A program made the position numbers and the translations under genes. DNA of 64,000 nucleotides from Epithemia pelagica (taxonomy: Eukaryota; Protista; Bacillariophyta): the NCBI GenBank assembly GCA_946965045.2, contig OX337233.1, positions 2,852,001-2,916,000 of the forward strand, in the 5' to 3' direction. The notes under the pieces are model-generated. The model worked only from the letters and a program-made list of their open reading frames with translations. It ran no database searches and was not told the DNA's origin. Position 1 is the stretch's first letter; every line of letters begins with the position of its first letter. This document shows, one piece after another, positions 8,430-17,289 of this stretch.

Positions 8430-11400
8430 GTGAGACCAATCTGGATAGCGCTGTAAATTTAACCAACAATACATCAACAACTTTACCACAACATCCTTTT
8501 GTACAACTACTATCCATACATCCTTTCACAACAACAACTACCGATCAGGAATCAGAGAACAACGGCGACGCCTCGAGCAATGCCGAAAACACCATAACAA
8601 CCGATCAGGAATCTGAGAACAACGGCAATGCCTCGAGCAACGCCGCCACAAACAATACAGCCGAACAGGTTATCGAAAACAACGACAGCGCCTCGAGCGT
8701 AGTCGCGGCCGACTATACATCCACACCACCCACAACAACTCAACAACATCATACTACTATTCCAGGCACCCCAAACAACGATGACGCCACGAGCGTTAAC
8801 GGTGACGACTACCCAAGACACGACATCGAATATCTTGACGTCGCAGAGAACAGCAACATCCAAGGAAACGAAACCCAATATAAAACAGACGACTTCATCG
8901 GACCAGAAACAGACGATATAAAACCACAAAATACCTTCAGAGTCTTTGGTTGCAATCCTAATGGATTCAAGACTTTGTTACACAGCGGAGGTACTTTCGC
9001 AGAGTACTGTGAAGAATTGAGTCGACTAGACGCTGACACATGGTGTTTCTATGAGACAAATCTTGATACAACTCAGTCCCAAGTTCGAAATGCACTCCAT
9101 ACAACAATACAGCGACATACAGAGCACTCAAGAATATGTTACGGGAGTACCAATATTCCATCCCCACGTAATACTCCATATAAACCAGGCGGGACCTTGA
9201 TAGCGTCACAAGGCAAGTCCACTGGAAGAATCACAACTCAGGGCACTGACAGCATGGGCCGGTGGTCCTACCAAGTCTTTTCATGTCGCGGCAACAAGAC
9301 ACTGACAATTATCTCAGCCTACCAAGTATGCCGTCAATCTTTATTGACTGTGGGAGAAGAAGACAACAACAGAGTTCGATCATTTACAGCGTCGGCGCAA
9401 CAATTGTCTATGCTACGTCAAGCAAATAGAGGAGCGAACCCAAGGGAAGCATTTATCTCGGATTTGACTGACTTCATCAGACAATGCAGAGCTCGCAACT
9501 CTGAAATTTTGCTGGTAGGAGATTTCAACGAAGCCTTGTCAGACATAAACGACGGCATGACAAAACTTTGTTCTGAGCTTCAATTGCATGACTTGATGGG
9601 AGAACAACTTGGCTCCACCTCCTTTGCAACATTCGTAAACGGTCGTGAACGTATCGATTACGCTCTCTGCACACCGCACGTTTCCACCGCAGTCACAAAA
9701 GCTTGCTATGAACCCTTCAAACACCGAGACATACCAAACGACCACCGGAATATGGTCATTGACTTCAACATCGAGCGACTATTCGGGAATAGTACCCAAC
9801 AACTTGGTCCGATTGCCAGCCGAGACTTCACGAGTAAAGACAGGAGCTCGAACAGAGTTTATATCGAACAGAAGTACAAGTTCTGCGTACAACATGACTT
9901 CGCTAGCAGACTCGACTCTCTCAAGGAAAATTGGAACCCGCGATTGGCCGAAAGACTGGACAGAGACTTCCAGAGAGCTGGAGAACACGCAAGTCGCAAG
10001 TGCGCTAAAAAACCACGCAGCATTCCTTTCGTGAAACAGCTGGCTAGCTTGAGAACTCGCAAAAACCTGCTTCTCAAACTGATTTCTGCTGCAAAATGGA
10101 ACAAGTCATTCGACTCTGGAATTTTATACACAACATGAAACCAGTCAGTTGTGAACGTCCCAACAACATTAGAAGCATGCCAACAAGAATGTCGGATCGT
10201 TCAACGCCAAATCCGGGAAATGACTAAGGACGCAGTTCATCACCGGCACAACGCATTACAAGCAGAGTTTAACCAAGCCATTGCCTCTGGTAACAAACAA
10301 CAATCAAAAGCGCTTAAACACCGAATGGCTGCAGAGCGTACCAAAGCCATGTATGCGAAATTGAGGCAATGTAGAGGCAATTTGAAGACCGGAATTACTC
10401 GACTAGATGTCCCAGCTGATCCCACTACGACAGATTACACAGGGTGCACGGAATGGCTGACAATTGATACTCCTGAAGAAATCGAGGATAGATTGTTGAC
10501 AAGAAACAGACGACACTTTGGACAAGCCCATAACACCTTCCCCACGAAGCCACCCTTCTCCGAATGGTGTGACTGGGGAGCCTCAACACACACAGCTGAG
10601 CTTATACTTGAAGGTGACTGGCAAAGCGAAGAACTTGACGAAATGCAACAGTCGCTCATAGATCACATGAAGGCACGAGTGACTCTCGACGCGATTCCAG
10701 CTCCGATCACCAAAGAAGAGTGGATGAGCAAAATCAAAATATGGCCCGAATCAACAACTACCTCACCATCCGGTTTCCATTTAGGGCACAGCAAAGCACT
10801 AGTTGCCCCTCATGATCTTGATACGACAACCGAAGAAGGACAAGAAGTAGAAGCAAAACGAGAAGCTTTGATCGAATGGCAAGTCGGCCTTATAAACTGT
10901 GCTCTCGTCAACAACTACTCCTACGAAAGATGGAAGCACATCGTCAACGTGATGATCCTAAAAGAGCCCAACAATCTACGTATTCACCGTCTTCGTGTCA
11001 TTCATCTCTACGAACAAGATTACAATCTCGTCCTAGCGATCAAATGGAGGCAACTCATCCAATTAGGCACCAATCAACGGACATTGCACCCAATGCAATT
11101 TGGAGGAGTTCCAGGCCGTGATGCCGTCATTCCAACACTATGCGAAGAACTACAATACGAAATATCACGGGCTAGCAAACGCCCATTGGTTCATCTCGAC
11201 TACGACGCGACGGCGTGTTATGACCGCATTGTTCTTTCCTTCGGTAGTCTCGCTTCTAGAAGCTTCGGTCAACATCGCTCTATTGTGTTTGTCAACGCTA
11301 AAACACTAGAGGAAGCGAAATATTATCTCAAAACCAAACTCGGCGTATCAGAACGCCACTACCAACACTGTCAACTTTTTCCAATCTACGGGTCCGGGCA

Positions 11401-14400
11401 AGGAGCAGGAAACTCTCCAGCTATTTGGTGTGTCATCTCGACAATTCTCTTCGACACCTACGACGAAAAAGCAAACGGCAGCGTTTTTCATAGCCCCGAT
11501 GGTTCTGTCTCAACTGCAATCCACATGATCGGATTCGTAGACGACACCAGTGGAAGCGTGAACGATTTTCTGCAAGACAGTCAAGCACCACCTGAGCACT
11601 ATATCGAAAAAGCTCAAAGCGACGCTCAGCGATGGAACGATCTACTCAGCCTATCCGGCGGTGCTCTTAATGTCGAGAAATGTTCCTATCACTTTCTCTA
11701 TTATACGTTCAACGTCGATGGACTTGCAACACTCCAACCCGACTCCTTCGGACCAAGGATTACCATCAAGTTCCACGACTCTGATCAGGCTACTCCCATC
11801 AAACAACTTTCTTCGTATCGCAGCCACAAAACATTGGGCGTGCAAAAATCGCCTTTCTGTACGGATAAAGGTCTGTTCCTTGCCCTTGCCAAGAAGAATC
11901 AAAAACATGCTTCAGTCATGGCTAGTAGTCCGTTTTCGAGAACCGACGCCTGGGCTTACTATCATGCAATTTACTTACCGAGCATATGCTATCCACTTCC
12001 CTCTTCCACTCTGTCCGATGCACATTGTAATGCTTTACAAGTGCAATTCAAAAAAGCCTTTTTACCCAAATACGGCTTCAATCGACATATGCCAAATGCC
12101 ATTGTCTACGGACCCAGTGATCTTGGAGGCCTTGGACTTCGTACACTCTCTGTCAAAAGGGGAATCTCCCAGACCTATCTTCTACTGGCATGTCTTCGCT
12201 CTCCTGGCGTCCCTGCCAAGCTAGCCAATATCGCCATCTCTTGGGCACAGTTTCTTGCTGGTACTAGCGTGTCTGTTTTCGAGGACGTTTCAACTCCGAT
12301 ACCATATCTTGCACCGATGAAATGGATCCCCCAAGTACGACAGTTCCTTCACTCAACAAACTGCCACATCGAACTCGAAGCTATGTTCCTCCCCAAACTT
12401 CAACGAGAGAACGACCGATTCCTGATGGATCTTGTACTCGAGTCAATGACTCTTACCCCGATGGAACTCCAGATGCTGAACGCTTGTCGCATGTACCTGG
12501 GTGTCACCTTACTCAGTGATATAGTTACTCCTGATGGCAAGAAACTGTCACTATTCACCACAGAATATCGTCACGATAACTTTTCAACCCATCACGGCTT
12601 GATTCCGTATCAAACAAAGCCCAGCTCTCGAGCGTGGAATCAATGGCACAAATTGCTGGAACTTCTTCGACAACCAAGCTCTCCATTTCTTCTAGCGACT
12701 CCCCTTGGTCGATGGCTCGTTCCAGGCCATGAAACATACCGCCATTGGAAATACTTGGTTGACTGCCCCAGCTGCACACTTTACGTCTCTGAACAGGAAG
12801 GGTACCGCCATTACTGGTATCAACATCCGTTATTTCTTCCTACGTCTCAAATGTTGCCGAAACCTCCCCCCACTGCTGTTCCCGCTCATGTGATTCAAAA
12901 TGGCCCTGGATTCTTCTTGTCACCATGCCGTCCACAGCAACTGCCTCCCACACCATCTTCTCCGAACTCATTTCTTGAGTACACAGCTAGTCTTGCCAGA
13001 TGGGACCAACAGCTTCTCTCCCAACTTGACTTTCTTTGTCCGACTGCTGCGATACATCATGTTTTCCAAACAACAAACCGCCTTCTCTTCTGTAGTGACG
13101 GCTCAGCTGCTCTTTTCACCGGCAAGTTTGGCTCCATCTGCAGCACTCCTCATGGTCAACGCCTGTTCCATCTTCGCGGTCCGGCTCCCGGGTACAGAAC
13201 CTCGTCTTTTCGCTCTGAGAGTTATGGTATGCTTGCGATTCTACGAAGCATTTTTCACATCACAAAGTTTCTCGGTCTCCACCTCCAGTCCCAACTTCTT
13301 CTTTATACAGACTCAAAAAGTCTAATTCAAACTGTCAAGAAACGTCTCGAATGGGCATACGATTTCCCATACTCGACTATGGAAGCAGATTGGGATATCC
13401 AACAATCCATCACGTACACCCTCCGCCAATTTCCTGTGATTCCACAGTTTTTTCATGTACGTGGACACCAAGACAGAACCAGATCTTATGAGACACTCCC
13501 ACTCCCAGCCCAACTTAATGTCGATGCAGACCGTCTTGCTGAAGATTACGAGTACCCAGCTTCAATCTCATCCACACATGCTCCTCTCATTTCAGGCAGC
13601 CACGCCATGCTCCACACACCACTCGGTACTGTTCACTCAAACTACCGTGGTACCCTACGGTATCTTGCTACATGGACCACTCTTCGGGATTACCTTACAA
13701 ACAAGTACGACTGGCCTCTCTCGGTGTATGACTCAATCGATTGGCCTGCCCATGGCCGCGTCATCAAAGCCTCTTTCGCCCGGCGCCATTTTTTGATAAA
13801 ACTCATCCATGACTGGCTTCCCCTTGGATACCTGCGCTCACGTTATGCAGTTTTTTACTCGGAAACGTGTCCTCTTTGCACTCCACCTGTTGTTGAGACT
13901 CGAAAGCACTTTCTCCGCTGTCCTCACCGTCAATGGAAAGGTTCTATGATTACCGAACTACAACAATTTTGGCGACATCAGCACCTTAATGCTAACTTGT
14001 CCTTGATTCTGACCGAAATGATCCATTCTTGGCTTGCAAATCTTCCACCTGTGTTCCCTACTTTTCCCGATCTTTATCGCACCCTTATCACTAACCAACG
14101 ACTTATTGGCTTTGAGCAACTTTTCCTCGGACGCTTCTCGCGGTTGTGGAGTCGACTTCAAGATTCATATCTTTCTCAACGGAACCTTGCTAAACGCTCG
14201 ATCTCTGGCACACACTTTGTCACAGGCTCAATAAAAATCATGTGGAAACATATTCACACTCTTTGGATAACTCGGAACCAAGACGTCCATGGCAATACAC
14301 CACCTACTATTGAAGCAGCTGCCTACGCTCAAGCTCAACGCGAAGTCTGTGCTCTTTATGAACTACAACATCAAGTTCCCGTGGCTTATCGTGATATTTT

Positions 14401-14509
14401 CTACTCTTCTACCGATGCCCACTTCGAAGCGGAAACTTCCTCGTTTCTGCTTCGCTCCTGGATTAACACCTGGCGTCCTGTTATCAGCAGGACTGTTTCA
14501 CTCTCCTAA
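8426..14509 (+). pseudogene. Retrotransposon ORF2 (APE endonuclease, RT, RNase H, CCHC), 2028 codons with one in-frame TGA at 10136-10138
   Basis: ORFs 8426..10138 and 10151..14509 share a frame (ACA TGA AAC CAG TCA GTT GTG). APE: CNPNG, YETN, VGDFN, RIDY, NDH. RT: HLDYDATACYD, GSGQG, GFVDD. RNase H: SDGS, RSES, YTDS, HVRGHQD, DADRLA. CCHC: CPLC...HFLRC. Confidence 0.9.
8535..8700 (+). repeat. ~60-nt coding tandem repeat (two close copies, one degenerate) in the ORF2 N-terminal extension
   Basis: CCGATCAGGAATC at 8541 and 8601; peptide TTDQESENNG(D/N)ASSNA twice, then EQVIENNDSASS. Confidence 0.85.
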
Positions 14510-14651
14510 CCGACCTCTCCATGTTTCCCCCCTGTCATACCTTGTCCCGTCCCTTAGTCCTCGCTTCACATTTTGTGTGGAGCCAGGCGCGTCGGTCGAC
14601 GCTACCCTAGCGGGTGCGCGCGGCAGCGTTAAAATAGATTGTACCTTTTTT

Positions 14652-14670
14652 TTCATGACGTCATGCCTTC
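14652..14670 (+). repeat. Right target-site duplication of the non-LTR element
   Basis: TTCATGACGTCATGCCTTC, preceded by six further T (T-run 14646-14653). Confidence 0.93.
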
Positions 14671-15016
14671 TGTCCTTCACACCCACAACCACCACAGAAC
14701 CAAAAACCAATATCCACAGACCATGAGACGAAGCCGTTCGTGGAGTCAACTGTGAAAAGACCAAACGCTTTTGCTTCGATCCATCCGCCCTTGCTGTCTG
14801 TCAAAGGTCATTGTGCAGCGCTGTTTGAACCTCGACAGGGTACCAAACAACAATTATCGTCCATTCGTTTCCTCCAAGAAGACTACCCGCACTACGTAAA
14901 GAAAAGCAGCGACAACAATACCTTACAGTCTTTCCAGTAGAGCATTCAGTTTCCCCTCCGCTTACTTATCCACATCTCCATTGCTGTCTGATCAGGACTT
15001 GAGTTGACTGGATATC

Positions 15017-16337
15017 ATGGGAAACTCATTTTCGGATGCGTCAGGGTCAAGATTGGAGGAGAGTGTCGTTCGAAATACCAATCCGCAGCCATTGATATCA
15101 GTGCGTAGAAACTATGGCTCTGCTCTATACTCTGCCATGATGACGACACAAACGACTCAGTGCGATGCACCATCGACACCTCCTCCCCTTCCACCACCGC
15201 CTTCGGATACCAAAGCACCACCACCTCCGCCGCCTTCTCCTTCTTCCAAAGACTCTTCGTCAGCGTCTTCAGCCTCGCCTGAATCTGATGCCATTGCTCA
15301 AGCGGCGGCCTTATCCTCGCGATATATCAACCCAGGATCATACGAACAAGCCTCTATGGAAGCCAAACGGCTTGTCACTCTGGATACCTGGGAAGGGTTC
15401 CGATGCGATATTAGCAAACAAATGAATCCCTTCATGATGGTGATACACTCGTTTGGAATGACACCGGCCTCGGCCGCTTCTGGTAATCCCATGGGACCAC
15501 CACCGCAACCTCCGTCTTCTTACACCATGGTAGCGCAAGTAGGAGACGAAAATGGTGTCATTGTTTCTCGCTTGGACACTGCACGGGGCAGTATTGATGG
15601 CCGTGTGCAACGGTTGCTCTTGGGCGGTTTGCTCATGGGAAAGTTACAATTGTCCTTGTCTAACTCGGACAATGATGTCTTTTTGGCCGAAGTCGATATC
15701 GGAACGACCATACCCATTTGCACTTGGACGGCCAATCTCAAATATGGGAGCATGGGGGGTGGACCGGCCTGGGGTGGCAATTACTGGCAAGCCATTACGC
15801 CGCAACTCACCCTCGGTGGAGAAGGCATGTACATTGCCGCACGCGGCTGTGGCCACCTATGCGCTCAAGTATAATTTTCAAGCACCCTTGACGCAACAAG
15901 AACAAGAAGAAGCTGCTGCTTCGTCATCCTCCGGATCGTCTGGATCCTCTCAGGCCCAGCAGTCTCCACCGGGTATGCCACCTCCTGAGGGCGCCGGTGC
16001 CAGCTCGATCTGTGCCAATTTTCATTCCGGCAATGGTGTCTTGACCATGAATTATCGACGAGTCATTACACCGCAACGTGTGACCGTGGGTGCCGAAATG
16101 GCCTTGCCCCTCTTCGATCCCTTTTCGGCTCCCCCGGAAGTGTCGGTTGGTGCTGAATTCAATTTGACTCGATCCAAATTGCAATTTGCACTCGACGCTA
16201 GTACAGGAAAGATAAGTTCGGTATTGGAAACCAAATTGGGTATGGCACCTGTGGCACCCCGCTTTGGCTTGTGCGCCACCGTCGATCATCTCAATCAAGA
16301 TTACAAATTTGGATACCAGATTAATATGGAAGGATAA
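15017..16337 (+). CDS. TOM40: Mitochondrial import channel Tom40, with an apparent +1 frameshift at ~15842
   Basis: NPGSYEQASMEAKRLVTLDTWEGFRCDISKQ, YWQAITPQLTLGGEGMY, then the second frame ATYALKY...LTMNYRR...DHLNQDYKFGYQINMEG. No room for an intron at the junction. Confidence 0.88.
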
Positions 16338-16507
16338 CATAATGAAAGAATACTTTAATTGATTTAAGGAGGATATTATGAAAACGCGCCTCTACTTGAA
16401 AGATTGGTTTGCTCGGATATTTTTGTTCAACATTACTCAAGTATACAGTGCTATCTGTTATGGAGTTTTACGTCTCAAGGGGTTTCAAACTAAAGCATGT
16501 ATTCTGT

Positions 16508-16930
16508 TCAGGGCAAGTTCAAGACCTTTGAAAAAGCAAAGCACCAGAACAAAAGACTGGAGAGTAAGTACCCCATAAAGATCCATGCCCAGACAATCGC
16601 ATCTTTGGAATCTGATTTCTTGACCAGTCGAGCCAGTCTCGAGGCACTCAAACCAATGACGAGATAAATGCGAAAGGCAAAATTCACAATCACCAAGGTA
16701 ATGGTTGCTAAGGCCGCGTACTTGGATTGTGCCAGAGTGGCCACCGCCGTCAATCCCATGCTGTACTGTCCCAATTCTTTCTTGTCCCCTTCCACAAAGA
16801 CCTTGTAGAGAGCCCAGGCACAATAAAAGGATGAGGTCAGGGCCAACGTTTGGTACAGAGCACTCGTCGGATCGCTGGCGGTCCCACTCTTGATCAACGA
16901 GACCCATGTCACTGCCTGCGAAAGAGGCAT
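16508..16930 (-). CDS. Small multi-pass membrane protein (140 aa), paralogue A
   Basis: ATG 16930 (MPLSQ). Four hydrophobic segments; alignable end to end with 21034..21465 (MGLTAVATLA, GLSAS, GYLLS, KVLNLP*). Confidence 0.75.
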   Translation of the reverse strand: MPLSQAVTWVSLIKSGTASDPTSALYQTLALTSSFYCAWALYKVFVEGDKKELGQYSMGLTAVATLAQSKYAALATITLVIVNFAFRIYLVIGLSASRLARLVKKSDSKDAIVWAWIFMGYLLSSLLFWCFAFSKVLNLP

Positions 16931-17160
16931 TAACCGCAACGCCAATTTGTTACGCTCATGGTATCCACTTTTATTTCGGTGGAGGGAGAGAAGAGGGAAA
17001 TCAGTGCATTCCCGCGGGAAACGCAAATAATGCGACCAGTCCGAGGACCGGGGGGGGAGAAAATTTGGGTGTGACTCGGAGAAAATTTGGACGTTTTATT
17101 CGGAGAAACAGAAATGATTCGGAACTCGGAGAAAGTACAAGTACTTCTCTCTTCACAACA

Positions 17161-17243
17161 TAGTCCCCAGCGGGGTACAAGTGTACAGTATTTTAGCGTG
17201 AATTCCTATAAACTATGATATTTACACTCCCCGCTTGGGGGTA
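17161..17243. mobile_element. 83-bp miniature inverted-repeat element related to 53722..54464
   Basis: Left end TAGTCCCCAGCGGGGT; right end (reverse complement) TACCCCCAAGCGGGGAGT; both resemble TACCCCCCAGCGGGGGT. Flanks CTTCACAACA (17151-17160) and CTTTGCAACA (17244-17253) match 8/10. Confidence 0.62.
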
Positions 17244-17289
17244 CTTTGCAACAGTTCAAGGGACGAGTGCCTAGAATGGGAATTGTGGG

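Larger units (their letters stand above)
6250..14651 (+). mobile_element. Full-length non-LTR retrotransposon, Ambal-like (diatom clade with ORF1 plus APE-RT-RNase H ORF2)
   Basis: Flanked by a 17-19 bp direct repeat. 149-nt 5' UTR, ORF1, ORF2 with APE/RT/RNase H/CCHC, structured 3' UTR and terminal T-run. No LTRs or integrase. Clade assignment is from domain order and host and was not tested phylogenetically. Confidence 0.88.

Noticed and set aside
6250-14651. Pol III transcription as the source of the retroelement T tail
   Set aside because: No clear A/B boxes, and many internal runs of four or more T would terminate Pol III long before 8.4 kb.
6250-14651. LTR, DIRS or Penelope classification
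   Set aside because: No terminal repeats, integrase, tyrosine recombinase or GIY-YIG; the APE-RT-RNase H order and long TSD indicate non-LTR.
15829-15869. A 41-nt GT-AG intron rescuing TOM40
   Set aside because: Shorter than the introns seen in this window (65-114 nt), and it would delete conserved beta-strand residues.
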